Positions 23,050-36,206 of a stretch of DNA of 64,000 nucleotides are shown here, one piece after another. Positions within the stretch are counted from its first letter, which is position 1. The number at the start of each line of letters is the position of its first letter. The notes under the pieces are model-generated. The model made no database searches. It saw nothing but the letters and a program-made list of their open reading frames with translations, and was not told where the DNA came from. Source of the DNA: Podarcis liolepis (Eukaryota); the NCBI GenBank assembly GCA_965112155.1, contig OZ218109.1, one strand, 5' to 3'. A program made the position numbers and the translations under genes.

Positions 23050-24830
23050 ATGAACAAAGCTGTAAACTCATGGCCATCTGCTATGAAAATACAAGTTCAA
23101 AGGGAAAGCAAATTCCCATAAGAAAAAAAAGGGTAGCACATTATTTTCTGCAGTGTTGCAGATGAACACCAAAACATTTAGTTAAAAGGGTATGTCTTAT
23201 AGACATATGCCTCTTTTTTAATTATTTAAGAAAGAACAAAGGTCAGAAGAAAAGCATCTTGCCTTGTATCTTTTGCCTTGCTTCCAGTGTTAACGATGTA
23301 GAAAGGTTACAGACTGTTCTACTGTAACTTATTAAAGGACACAAACTTTGTATTTTATTTAGATCATTGAAGCAAAAAGGTACTTTCAACCTGATGCTCA
23401 AAGTATTATGCTGGCACAGTTCCTATTGAAAAGAACTGGGTCAGCATAGCAGACTTGTAGGATTGTAGTTGTAAACCCTGATTCAAGGAGGGTAAACCAT
23501 ATTTGGGGGAGGGGAAAACAGGTTTCCCGCATCCCTTTTTGGCATGCAATGATTTCTAGATCATGGTAGTTATGTGGAAATAAGTGGCATTGGACTTGGT
23601 GGGATTTATTTTCCCCATGACAACCATAATGTAGCGCTCAAGACATGCTCTCTGCTATTTCAGTTGTGTTCCTCTTACTGAAAATAATGGCAAATTAAGT
23701 AGTAGGATTGTAACAATGTCCATGATCTGATTCCAAGCAGAGCTTCTGTACAGGCAGGGTCTTCCTGGTTTCCTTCTATGAACTGTATAATGCCCTGTAA
23801 ACAGAACAAATAATTTCTGTATACAGTCGTACCTTGGTTTTCGAACAGCCTAGTTCTCGAATGTTTTGGCTCCTGAACGATTGAAACCTGGAAGTGACTG
23901 TTCCGGTTTTCGAACGTTCTTTTGGAAGCCGAACGTCCAACGGGGCTTCCGATTGGCTGCAGGAGCTTCCTGCAGCCAATCAGAAGCCACACTTTGGTTT
24001 TTGAACGCTTTGGAAGTCAAACGGACTTCCAGAATGGATTCCATTTGACTTCCGAGGTACATGGGTAACATTTCTATTCACGCAGGAGAAAAGGAAGACC
24101 CTACATTCAGAATATTTTATCTTGTCCAACATCTTAAGGAACAGGTTGTTTGTCAGTATTAGTTTTTATAGAGGTATACGATTTCTTTCTAATTAAGGCA
24201 TAATTATACTATGTCTAAATGGAAACAAACATGTATTTAAAGTATATTTTTACTTCAGTTAGCTGCAGGAATGTCGTTTTATTTTAGCAATATATAATTC
24301 AATGCGGTGCATTGATGACTTTCCGTATAGTTCTCTTAAGCATTATTGCTATGGATATTGAAAACATTTACCACTAGTGCAGTATTACCCTGACAAACCT
24401 CTTTCATTGCAAATGCTTTTAATGAGACTTCATTTCTCATGCTCATCTTAATATTATTTGGTTTGTTATGTTCTAGCAATTCATGTTCTTTGCTTTTAGA
24501 GGTATACAAATACAGTATTCTATTTATCCACCCTCCTTCCGAAAAGAGGAACACCAGAGGTTTATAAACAGACACTAGCATCAACTACTACACGTAACAC
24601 ATTTTTTGGAGTACAGTAATGTTTAAAATAAGTGATGCCAGAATATTGGATATTACCTGGCCTTGCTTAAAAGTTAGCACTTATTTAGGGTTAATTATTA
24701 TTATTTTATTTCTAAAAATCAAGTTGCATTACTTTGCTTCTGTATTTATAAAAGTAAAACATCTGTAAAATTACACACTTTTCTTCAGTGTCTTCTGACA
24801 AATTGGTTAATAAAGGAAAGAGAGGTGAAG
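23050..24830 (+). other. CHN2: Probable CHN2 3' UTR with a candidate polyA signal AATAAA at 24809-24814 (true end uncertain)
   Basis: AT-rich sequence after the stop codon with an AATAAA hexamer; no transcript data. Confidence 0.4.
23824..24060. mobile_element. Tigger/pogo-like MITE (3' end degraded) in the probable CHN2 3' UTR
   Basis: TA-CAGTCGTACCTTGGTTTTCGAAC start; internal palindrome GATTGGCTGCAGGAG...CCTGCAGCCAATC; ends in GAGGTAC. Confidence 0.75.
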
Positions 24831-27800
24831 GATAGAGAATTGGTATATTACCAAATCTCATGGTGGGTATCTTTGAAAAGGTTGACCTCTCAATGCAATA
24901 TAATGAAATTCATCCTAATATTAGACTTTTTTCTCACATGGAATTTTCTCATCGTGAGATTTTTTTGTACAAATATTTCAAACACAAAGGTAGCATAGTT
25001 TATTACAAAACTGAATTTGCAATACAAAAGACTCTATTGAGCTCTGCTCTTGATTTGTACAAATCCTAAGTTTCAAAACCCAATTATGCTGTTTTCTGAA
25101 TTATTTCAGGGAGCATAGGTTTCTATTCAAATTGGGGTGGGGAGTGTGCAACATGGATAATGAAGAAAGAGTAAAGACAAAAGGAGGCACATGAAATAAT
25201 GTATATCAGTTATCCTTTACATAGGTCACCAAGGGCTAAGTAGACAGACCCAGGCTGCAGGCCAGATGTAAGTGAGGTCTGCTTTGCTGGTACAGTGCTA
25301 GAAGGGATTCTCCTAAGTTGTACAGATTTCAATTGTTGTAGGTTTATGTACTAAATACTGTCATAAAATGGTATGGAAATGGTTTTATTTTGTGAAGTGA
25401 AATATGCTTTGTAATTTATGATAGTGTAAATGGAAAGGGGGGGAAATATCCCATTAAATGTGTTGAGTCCCTGTCTGTAATTTTCACTGCAAGCGAAAAC
25501 ACTTGGTTTCTCTATGCATTTTTTTTTTAAAAAAATGGTTTAAAGATCTGCACATTTTTCATACAGTTTACATTGCAACAAATTGTTTAAAAATGATTTT
25601 GCTGATAGAACTAATATAAAAGTAATTCAAATAATATATAGACTTATCAGGTGTTCTAAGATTCATACAACTTCCTACATTTAACCTGACCATGTTTCTC
25701 TTCCCTTTGCCTATCTTTAACAAGATAGAAGATACTATATTTTATGTTTTAGTTTCCTGGTATTAAGTACTACAGTCACCTATCATTATCTTACCAATTT
25801 TATACAAAACTCAAGTATGGAAGAAAGCTACATTATGTTATCCAAGAAATCTTACTCCCTTTTATTATTTCCTTTACTTCCACATGGCTCTCAGTATGTT
25901 GAATCACATTATTCAAAGGCTTATTAAGTGCCTGAATGAGAAAACACGCTGAACTATATTACAGAAGTTTCTTCTTGTACTATTTTATGGAAACTGGTTT
26001 TGCCAGTTTGTTTTTTGAGCTCAAGATACATTGTACATAATACAATGACTACATAATACATCCCGGGGCTGTGCCCAAAGTCCATACTGAAATCTGGCCA
26101 TGATGTCTCAAGAGGTAAAACTGATCTCTGCCTTAAAAAACCAGCATTTCACTGGTGGGCTTCTGCAATTTATTTGCGGAAGGGTACTTTGCGTGCCTTG
26201 AGCTTCACAAACAAACATCCCTGACACACATTCCCCAGCGTCTCATGTGCTCTCTGATGCATCTCCAAACTCTTAAGTACACTGCGAGCCTGTAGACTGA
26301 GGGCAAATGAATCAAGGCCTTTAAAGGGTTCAGTAACAGGACATAGTGTCTTCATTTCCAACTAAACTGCTACTATATAAACACAAGAAGTGCATAAAGG
26401 TCTTCTGAAGTCCGTGTGAAATCTTGCGACTGTTTTGTACTGATAACTTAGTTCAGAAAGCCCTCCAATGCTCTTTGTATCCATCATGCTAACTCTATTG
26501 TGCCTACCTGTTCCCTGTCTTGGGTACCTAGCAAGGCTCCCTTCCTAAAACAACTTCAGAGAAGGTCAAAGAACCTGCTTATTTTATCGTACAGGCAACT
26601 CCCAATTTACATGGCAATTACATTCCACGGCACCATGTGTTTAAGTGAAATCGCATATATCTGAAACACCATTGAAAAAGCCCCCATTCTGTCTCCGCCC
26701 CTGTCCTATTCTGCCCCTTTTGTGATGTTTTTGTGATGTTTTTGGGTCACTTCTGGGTTCAGTTGCACAAATATCTGACGCACCTAAAACAATTGCTGCT
26801 TGTACACACCATCCTTAAATTCCTGAGGGCTGGAATCTGTTGTGGAGAAAGAAATTCTCAAATTATTTTGAGATTTAGGTGGCAGGATAGATAAATGGTG
26901 ACCTCTCTAGAATGAGGAGAGTTTTTATAGAGAAGATCCAGGTTGTGAAAATTAATGACTTGCCCAAAACTATCTAATTGTTAACTCCAATCTCAAGTGT
27001 CCTCTGTCCAAGGCCAGCATTCGACTATTGGGCAGCACTGCCTTCACACTACTGCCTGAAGCCACTGCACATGGCCTGCTTCACTTAAAAAACACTCCTA
27101 TGAATATACAGCCAGATCTTACACAAGTTTACTTGGAAATGCTCTCAACTTTGTTGAAACTTCATACAAAGAAAGCGCGCCACCTTTCAGCGGCAAAACT
27201 AGGCTTTATTTCACCTGGATCAAAGACCCAGTTTGGCGCCACCCCACACATTTCAAATACATACAGTGGGGAGCCTCAATGGTGCCCCTCTGAAACCTTC
27301 ACCCGGGGCAAAAAAAACCCCAGCTAGCTCTGTACAGGAGCATCCTGGTTGCAGAAGTGCCCATTAACAGGAACTGCTGTGTTATCCCGTGTTTTGTAGG
27401 ACATGTGGACTCTGCAGCTGCTTCAGTTTTGCTGTGATTGCTTAGTGTTGCTTGGGTGAATCAGGCACACTAGTGCAGCCCCCCAGAGCCCAGACAACAA
27501 CCCCCTACAGACACATCCTAAGACTTATCACACCTTGGGAACACACGGCCTAAGATGCCACACAAAATGTGGGCAACGGAAAGCACTCTTTGAAACAAGC
27601 AGGGTTTTACGAAGCCTTTAGAGAACGGTTGTGCCTGGCTCTCTCTCATCCCTGCTCCTAGCCAAGTGGTCACATGGGCACCAAGACTGCCAGAAGCGGG
27701 GAGAACTCATGACAGCATTACAAGGAAATCAGCGCAGGGCTGAGGAAGAGAGCCAAGTTGTGTGCTGCCGCCATGGCCAGCTTCCAAAAGAGATCAAAGT

Positions 27801-27849
27801 TGTGCCCTTTGCCTCTTGATGTAAACCGTGCTACTACTCCTTCTTCCCA

Positions 27850-28860
27850 GGCCAATCGTTGTCCAGCTGCCCCTGCGAGAGGGACCAATCCCGTTTAGGG
27901 AGGAGGAGAAGGGGCGGGGTCGCTTCTCGAGGGCTCACCTGCACCTGCTTCCTTGTTGACTGAGCATCAGGTGCACCGCTCAGACCTTTCGAGGAAAGTG
28001 AGTCGGGCGGGTGGGATTCCCTCGCCACGAAAAGCGCGAGAGAGAGAGAGAGAGCTGGCTCCCTTACAGCGCGGCCGCTCTTTCCCAAGCGCCCCCCACC
28101 CCCCAGCTGCTCGCGGTCGTCCCTAGAGACGGCTAGCTGAAAGGCCGGCTTCCGACGGCGGATTGTTCTTCACCTGCGAAAGTTGGCGCTCCCTTTTGGA
28201 GCGGGCGGGCGCCGGAAGGAGGCCAAGTTCCCTGGCTCGCTCGCTCGCTCGCTCTCAAGAGTCAGCCTGTTGCTGCGGCAGCGAGTAGTTCCCTCGGAGA
28301 AGGAAGCCCAGGTAACGACGCTCTCGGCGAGAGGATGGACTGACTCCCTCCAGCACCGCGCCTGCTCTCAGGAGGAAGAAGAAAAAGAAGAAGAAGAGAC
28401 GCTCCTCCGGCGCACAGGTGAGAGCCCACGAGAACGCGCCTTCGCTCGCTTTCTCCTCAGCCGGCAGGTGCTCTCTTCAACAGGTGCCCGGCAAGAGCCC
28501 TCTCCGCCTGCGTCTCGCGCGCTCCCGACCTGGAGGGGTGGGGTGGGGGTGGGAATCTGCCCAGAGGCGCCCACCTGTCGCGCAGGCTAAGGGCGCGCGC
28601 GCTGCTCACCTTGCACGAGCGCACCTTGCATGCAGCATGAAAGGCAAGGGGGAGGGGCGCGCCTGAGAGGCAGGCGGGCGGGAGGGGGGCTTCCTCAGCC
28701 TGGTCAGGGGGAGGGGGAGCAGCAGGCAAAAGATGCTGCGTGGGCGGGCGCGGAGCTGGGCTGCCACCTCCTTCTTGTCAGCTGCCCTAAGTGTGGACGC
28801 AAGGGCGCTTCAGCGTGGCTGAGGCGGAGCAATTGGGGATTTTCTTGCCTTCGCACGGTG
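27850..28860 (+). promoter_or_regulatory. PRR15: CpG island, probable PRR15 promoter and non-coding first exon (candidate donors CAG|GTAACG at 28311/28312 and CAG|GTGAGA at 28417/28418)
   Basis: High GC/CpG, GC box GGGGCGGGG at 27911-27919, and plausible donors. It is the only CpG island between the CHN2 3' end and the PRR15 coding exon, which begins with a splice acceptor. Confidence 0.7.
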
Positions 28861-28948
28861 AGTTGCGTGGGACTTATTCCCCAAAAAGTGTGCATGGGAT
28901 TCTATCTATCTGTCTGTCTGTCTGTCTATCTGGTTTATAGATTTATTA

Positions 28949-29175
28949 CAGTGGTACCTCAGGTTACAGACGCTTCAGGTTACAGGCTCCGCTAACCCAG
29001 AAATAGTGCTTCAGGTTAAGAACTTTGCTTCAGGATGAGAACAGAAATCGTGCTGCGGCGGCGCGGCAGCAGCAGGAGGCCCCCATTAGCTAAAGTGGTG
29101 CTTCAGGTTAAGAACAGTTTCAGGTTAAGTACGGACCTCCAGAACGAATTAAGTACTTAACCCGAGGTACCACTG
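28949..29175. mobile_element. Tigger/pogo-like MITE (family also at 43218-43459 and 46329-46551)
   Basis: TIR CAGTGGTACCTC...GAGGTACCACTG, TA TSD, CAGGTTAAG repeats. Confidence 0.9.
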
Positions 29176-32100
29176 TACTATTTACAGATTTATTACCTTT
29201 ATCTTCCAAGGATCTCAAGGTGGTGTACATGGTTCTCCCTCCTCATTTCATCCTCACAAAAACCCCTGTGAGGTGAGGCTAAGGGATGGTGACTGGCCCC
29301 AAGGTCACCCAGTGAGCTTCATGGCTGAGTGGGGATTTGAACTCTGGCCTCCCAAGTGATAGTCCAGCACTCTTAATTTATTCCTGCATTGCAGGGGGTT
29401 GGACTAGATGACCCCTTGGGTCCCTTCCAGCCCTTGCGGTTCTACGATTCAATCCCAAAGACACGTGCCGTGAACTAACAGTGCCGTCCTGTACATGTTT
29501 GCTCTGAGGAAAGCCCTGTTGATTTCAGTGGGACTTGTTGCTAGCTAAGTGTGTACAAGATTGCAGTCCAAGGCTGCAATCCTGGGTCATATACTTGGCG
29601 GCAAGCCCCACTGAAGACATCTGGGCTTTCTTCTGATTAACGGTGCATGGGGTCAGTTTTATAATCCCGCTGAATGAACTTAACGGGAACTACGTCTGAG
29701 GGTCCCGGTACACTACTGTAATCTCTGAAGAGCTCTGAAATGGAGGGTTGCTATTTACACATGCACACACCCCTTCCCCCCCTTTCTGCATAATAGGCAG
29801 AAATCCAACAGGCTTTGTTTTTCCTCCAGTAGCTCTGGATTAAGTAACTGGTAAAGGACAATCCTAAAGAAGCATGTGTATAGCAGGCGATGCAGTTTGG
29901 GGATTATAGCTCTGCTATAAAAAAAAATCCCCAGTTTCACCCCACCTTTCAAATTAGCAAAATGTTGACAGCTAAGGGTTATCTAGCCATAAAAAATAAC
30001 CCCAGTTATAAAGTGCATTTTTCTGCTGTGTCCTCAGTTGCACCTGCTGAGTTGTTTCCTTGCACAGTACAGGTGCAACTTGGGCCCTCCAGCTATGACT
30101 TGCAACAAGCTTAATTAACAAACGCAACAAAGAGCTGCTACCTCAGTATCCAAGTCCTGCTGGAAAGGGGGCCGCCACTATTAGATAAATGTTGCAATTA
30201 ACCGTTCCAAAAAATAAAATAAAAAAAAGCTTAGTTTATCACTTTTACCTGCTGTTCGAAGGAACCTGCCTAATTCTGGTCTTTGCAGCAATTCAGTGAG
30301 TTGCATTCTGCTCGATGGATTCTACGTGTACAAAATATTACACGCTGTGGGTGAATTCCTGGCCCTAGTGCAACCAGTATGAATGTTCCATCATTCAACA
30401 GAGCAAGAATGTTTTTTTGCTTCACAAGCAAGCAGGAAACTTCTCAGAAATGAAAGCATGTTGAAGATTTAGGAGAGAGTTTCTAAAGTGCCTGGCCCTA
30501 CCTGTCATGATCATCAGTTTATGATGACAAACCATAGCACTGTTTGTGTGATAAGGCTGCGCAAAATCTGAAAGCTCCCTTGTAGGAAGGAGCAAGGTTT
30601 GCCTTTCATTTCCTTATCAAGCTGAAGGAACACCACCAGTGAACTTTTACAGAAACATTCATAGCTGGCTTGTGCAGCTGCATGGAGAAGAACCACTTAT
30701 GTAGTGACTCAGCCGATGTGTGCACAAAACAGAAAACCAGTGAGTTAAGTTTGCAGAACGGAAGGGGCATGCATGTGACTGTCTCCTCCTAGCAGTTCAA
30801 CTCCCAGGGTGAAGTTGTTCTAGGAAATTAATCCTCAAACTCCATGTCACAGAGCCATGATAGCTAAATTGAACCTCCATGTTCAGAGACAGTGTACTAT
30901 TATTTATTAACATCTCACCCTTTGTCATAAGATACCCCCAGGATGGGTATATATATATGTCTGACTTCCAGGTCCTGGGAGAGAGAGAAAAGGAGTAGCC
31001 ATTACTATTGTGATTTTTTTGAATATTTCCTTAAGGTATCTGCCTGTCAATTATTGGAACTAGATGGACAACTGCATTTAAGTCTGATCAGACAGTAGGC
31101 CACAATTAGGGAGCAAATGAGATCTACAGTACATGTATCTGGTGTCTGTATGCCTTCAAGGAATGCATTAAAAGAAGTTCCGAAAGTGCAGAAAAATGAG
31201 CTATATTTGTGCCATGCATTCAAAGGGAATGGAGAAGAGAAGAAACAATCCCAACAAAACACTGATAATTGGGTATATCTGATTATGCAGATATGCTGAA
31301 ACTAAATTATAGAATATATTTTTAATTCTGTCTCTTCTACTTTGAATCAAAATTTGCTCTGCACGCGAAGGCTAGGTATCAACTGGCTCACAATCCATCC
31401 TTATCCATGTTTACTTGGAAGTTGGGGTACTGAGTTCAGTGAAACTTATGCTGAACTGCAGTTTTCTGCTCACTCAGTTTGGGTGGTTTTGGCCTAAGAC
31501 CAAATCATTTTGTTCCCATTGTTTGCTGTGAACAACATACCAATGCAAAATTCACAAACCTGAAAAGTTAACATTTCAATCCCACTTAGCAAATTTTTGT
31601 AAGCTGATGGTGCTAAACTTTGCTGCAAATGTTCAACTATAGCTGGACTTGTCAGGAGGTACTGCTGGATCAGAAACCCAGTGTACTGGAAATACCACAA
31701 GTCTCTGTTTAAATCTTCAAACCAAAGAAGCTTTTGATGAATTGTGCTAAGCAACTGAATTCTTGGTTGCTTAGCCAGTCTTGGAAAGGTTTAACTACTG
31801 CTAATGACTTCATTAGTACAAAAGAAGGTTATGCAGTGTGGAAAGGTTTTAACTCTCCAAAGCATTCTAGATGAATTAAAGTTTGCATAGTTTCCTCACC
31901 AATGTGCTTAGGAATGGACACAGTTCCTATCCTATGAAATCTATCAACAGTAGCAGGTTGAGAACAGCTGAGTCCCGCTCAATCTTCTGTCTGTATCAAG
32001 GAGTAAGTCCCATTAAATTCAGTGGAACTTACTTGTGAGAAGACATGTGTAGGCTGCTGAAGCAAAGATGATAAGACACTGACAAATTGTCTTAATGCAA

Positions 32101-32548
32101 AACGTTGCCCAGTTCTGTGGACATTAGACCTCTTGATTTTCAAGACCATTAGCTTGCACTTTGCCATTAATAAACTGCAACCAGTGAACATTAGACCAAG
32201 AAGCAGAGTTCAAAAACATCGTAAGCAAAACCTAAGAAGTGGCCTACTGAGTGAGACCAAAGGACCTTCTAGTCCCACATCCTATTTTCAGAGTGGCCAA
32301 TTAGATGCCTATGGGGAACTCACAAGCAGGACACAAGCTTAACAGCATTTGTGGTACCCAACACACTGTCTTTCATAGTGGTGGTACACACATCCTCAAT
32401 AAGCCTTTGAGAGCCTTATCCTCCATTATCTGTCGAATTCCCTTCTAAAACCATCCAAGTTTGTGGCCATTACTACATATAGTAGTAGAGAATTACAATA
32501 AGCCCGCAACTTTATGTGCATTTAACTTGGGCACATTCAGCTTTATGT

Positions 32549-32801
32549 GTTGTTGTCGTTTAGTCATGTCCGACTCTTCGTGACCCCATGGACCAGAGCA
32601 CGCCAGGCACTCCTGTCTTCCACTGCCTCCCACAGTTTAGTCAAACTCATGCTGGTAGCTTCTAGAACACTGTCCAACCATCTCGTCCTTTGTCGTCCCC
32701 TTCTCCTTGTGCCCTCCATCTTTCCCAACATCAGGGTCTTTTCCAGGGAGTCTTCTCTTCTCATGAGGTGGCCAAAGTATTGGAGCCTCAGCTTCACGAT
32801 T
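32549..32801 (-). mobile_element. BovB (RTE clade) LINE 3' fragment
   Basis: KLRLQYFGHLMRREDSLEKTLMLGK...AWRALVHGVTKSRT and a (CAA)n tail. Confidence 0.92.
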
Positions 32802-33429
32802 TGTCTTTATGTACTTCACAATAAATAAATTTAATGGAGCGGAAAGGGGGTGGACATCCAGGAAGACATTGGTAATCTCACCTGCCATTGCACCCAAAGT
32901 GCTTTGACTGTGTGTGATTCTGGCTTTAGGCACGATCCCCAAAACAGAACACCCACTTAAGTTACAGGCTTACTGTACATTATTTAGCTATGTACTGTGT
33001 GATTCATTTCTGTTGCCCATCTTGAATCTTCCAAGAGCTTCATTGCATGACCCCAGGCTCTAGTACAGGAACAGATAACTTGGAGCCTTCAAACAGTACA
33101 TAATTGTCATTTTAAAAAATAATAATTAAATGACCATTCCTAAGGATCCATGCAGAAAGGTTTCCTAAATTTCTAAAAGTAAAAAAGTATACACACGCAC
33201 ACACATATTCTTGTATGGACTACTCCTTCAAGACCCCCTGTTGTGATTATGGAATGCCAGAAGGTACTTGTGATATCTCCAAGTGTGTATTTTTTTTTAA
33301 AAAAGGCCACACCCACTGATACTTTGGCCACACCCACTTTTGCATGCAATCCTCAGAAGGTTGGCCATCGGTAAATGCAGCCATTGGGCTGAAAAAAATG
33401 CTTGCTGCGCCTTTTCTAGTATGAGGAGG

Positions 33430-34110
33430 GAGAAAATACCTCTAAATCACTTTCTTTACACGATGCATCTCTCTTTTTTACATCTGAGTTAGGCAGTTTC
33501 ATTTCAATTCCCTTCCTAATGATCTTAGTAGACATGGGTTTTGATTTTTTTCACAGTTGCACACATGGAGTTGACATTTTCACTGACCTATTAACTATGA
33601 TTCCTAAGATCTCTTTTCCAGATAGTCACTGTCAGATCAGACACCACTGGCATATATGAAGTTTGGGGTGTTGTTGTTGTTTCTGACCCAATGTGCATCG
33701 CTTTATATTTGCTTCCATTGAGTCATATTTGGCATTTTAATGCCTATTCTCCCAATTCGGGAAAGTTTTGTTTGCAACTCTTCTCAAACCCTTTTTGTTT
33801 TAGCCATCCTCAACAGTTGTGTGCTATCAGCAGACTTGGACGTCTCAGTACGTTCTCCTAACTTCATATCATTTATGAAGTGACACAGTACAGATCCTTG
33901 AGGGATTCCACTTCTTACATCCCTCCCATTTGAGAACGGTCCATTCATTCCAACTCTCTGCTTCCTGTTCTTGGACCAGTTACTGATCCATGACCTGTCT
34001 CCTTATTCCATGACTTCTAGTTTGCACGGGAGTCTTTGGCGAGGGACTTTATTGAAAGTTTTTTGAAATTTAAGTACATAATGTCTACTGAATCCCGCCT
34101 ATATTCTCAA
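33430..34110 (-). mobile_element. Old CR1-like LINE RT fragment
   Basis: Degenerate reverse-strand CR1 RT-like sequence; no intact ORF. Confidence 0.45.
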
Positions 34111-34896
34111 TTCAGACATCTCAGAAATGCAGTCGCCCTCCCACTGGTCCTTTGGACACTTTTTTGAAAACTTATTTACCCTGGAGTTGGTTGAGAACAT
34201 TGAGAATTCACTCTTCCTCACTGGACCGTATATAATTTTGATATTTTATGGCTGCTTCTGGTTTAAGATATTATTTTGGCCCACTCTGGGATTCTTAATA
34301 AGAAGCAGGCCAAAAGTCTTCAAATAACTGTTTGTTGACACTCTCAAAGAACTGAGAGACAACTTGAAGCAGCAATGCTGGTGGTTCTTCTGTATATAAT
34401 ATAAATATAATAAATAATAAAATACATATTTATTAGCAGGAGATTTGGTTAGTGTGATGACGACATTTTTCACAAGCTTGTTTCTTTGGGGTTTTTATTT
34501 ATTCGTTAACTCTCCTCCTGGGCAGAAAACAGGAGTGCTTTTCTTCCTTTTGGCATCCTGCATGAGGGCTGCTGCAAAGTGTTTTACCTGGTTGGCTCTG
34601 CATCCTAGCACATTTAGGGGTGCTACATATTTGGAAAACTGTTTTATGTGTTTTTGTTTTGTTAATAGGTTTACAAGGAAATGATTATAAATCTTCACTT
34701 CATACCGTTGGACTGAAAGGGCTGGGGTACCTGGGAGCCCAACAGTAACTGGAGGGCCATATCAGTCCCCACCAGGGCCATTGGTGGTGGGAGATCCATT
34801 CCAACATCACCAGGAGGGCCCAGCTCCCACATTCCTAACATAGTGCTTTCATCAGCCCCATTTTGCCCCCAAGCTGGGCACTTCCTATTTATGCAG

Positions 34897-35246
34897 TGGT
34901 ATCTCTGTTGCGTTGTGGGTTAAACCACAGAGCCTAGGACTTGCCGATCGGAAGGTTGGCGGTTCGAATCCCCACGACGGGGTGAGCTCCCATTGCTTGG
35001 TCCCTTTTCCTGCCAACCTAGCAGTTTGAAAGCACACCAGTGCAAGTAAATAAATAGGTACTGCTCCAGCGGGAAGGTAAACTGTGTTTCTGTGCACTGC
35101 TCTGGTTTGCCAGAAGCAGCTTAGTCATGATGGCCACATGACCTGGAAGCTGTACGCCAGCTCCCCCAATAAAGCGAGATGAATGCCGCAACCCCAGAGT
35201 CAGCCACGACTGGACCTAATGCTCAGGGGTCCCTTTACCTTTACCT
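34897..35246 (+). mobile_element. Sauria SINE in the probable PRR15 intron
   Basis: B box GGTTCGAATCC, typical body, ACCTTT tail. Confidence 0.88.
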
Positions 35247-35822
35247 ATCTCCCTCTTGCTTGGAGGGGAAGGGTTATATCAATGTTAGTCCTACTCCGGG
35301 TAGAATTATAGAACTGTAGAGTTTGAAGGGACCACAAGGATCATCTAGTCCAACTCCTTGCAGTGCAGGCATCTTTCGCCCACAACCCTGAGATTAAGTC
35401 TCAGGCTCAAAGGAGCTATCCTTCAGGACCTCTATGAACCAAAACGTTTTTGGCGCAGCCTTTGTGGGGGGGGGGGGAGGAAAGCCCAGGCCTCAAGAAA
35501 GCCCTGGCGTCACAATTTGGAAGCGAGTAAATAATAAAATAAGATGGAAGTGGAGTCTCTGCGTATGGTTACGATGACCCTCTTAGACAGTTCCTCCAGC
35601 GGAGCCTACTAATTGCGCTCTGTGCGCCCGATGTCTCCCGCACCCCCTTAAATGTCTCCTTCCTACCGCGGACCCCAAGTCGGTGAGGGCTCCAGTTCCT
35701 GCCACTAAACAAGCCTCCCTCCTCTCTGTCCCCCCCTCCAGGCCACCGGCCCCGAGTGCAGCGCATCGCCCAGGACCCCCTGACCGGGAAGAGGCGCGCG
35801 GGCGCCTCCTGCCCTCCGGAAG

Positions 35823-36206
35823 ATGGCCGAAAGCGCCGGCACGGCCGCCCCCTCGACGGGGCCCGCGGCCAAAGGCGGCTCCTCGGGCGCCTGGTGGAAA
35901 TCGCTGACCAGCAGGAAAAAGCCCAAGGAATCGCCAGCGGCTGCGTGGCCTCCTCGGCAGGTGCCTGAGCCCTCGGAGATGCTCCCCGCCGCGCCCAGCC
36001 CCTCGGACTCTCAAGAGAACCAGCAGCCCAACTCGGGCAGCCGCCGGAACCTTAAGATCTCCCGCTCGGGCCGCTTCAAAGAGAAGCGGAAAGTGCGCGC
36101 CACGCTGCTGGCGGACAGTCCCCAGCAGCTCTTCGAAGGGGCGCCGGGAGCCGCAGCCGGGAACCCCGCCCCGGCGCGCCCCGCCGAAGAGACGCCGTGC
36201 CAGTGA
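35823..36206 (+). CDS. PRR15: Proline-rich protein 15 (127 aa), single coding exon; exon acceptor ctctctgtccccccctccag| at 35741/35742
   Basis: Family motifs WWKSLT-RKK and [22 protein letters not shown]; good Kozak context (aagATGG); located downstream of CHN2 as in mammals. Confidence 0.95.
   Translation: MAESAGTAAPSTGPAAKGGSSGAWWKSLTSRKKPKESPAAAWPPRQVPEPSEMLPAAPSPSDSQENQQPNSGSRRNLKISRSGRFKEKRKVRATLLADSPQQLFEGAPGAAAGNPAPARPAEETPCQ

Noticed and set aside
28183-28995. ORFs across the upstream CpG island
   Set aside because: Artefacts of high GC; no recognisable protein, and the PRR15 CDS is complete in the downstream exon.
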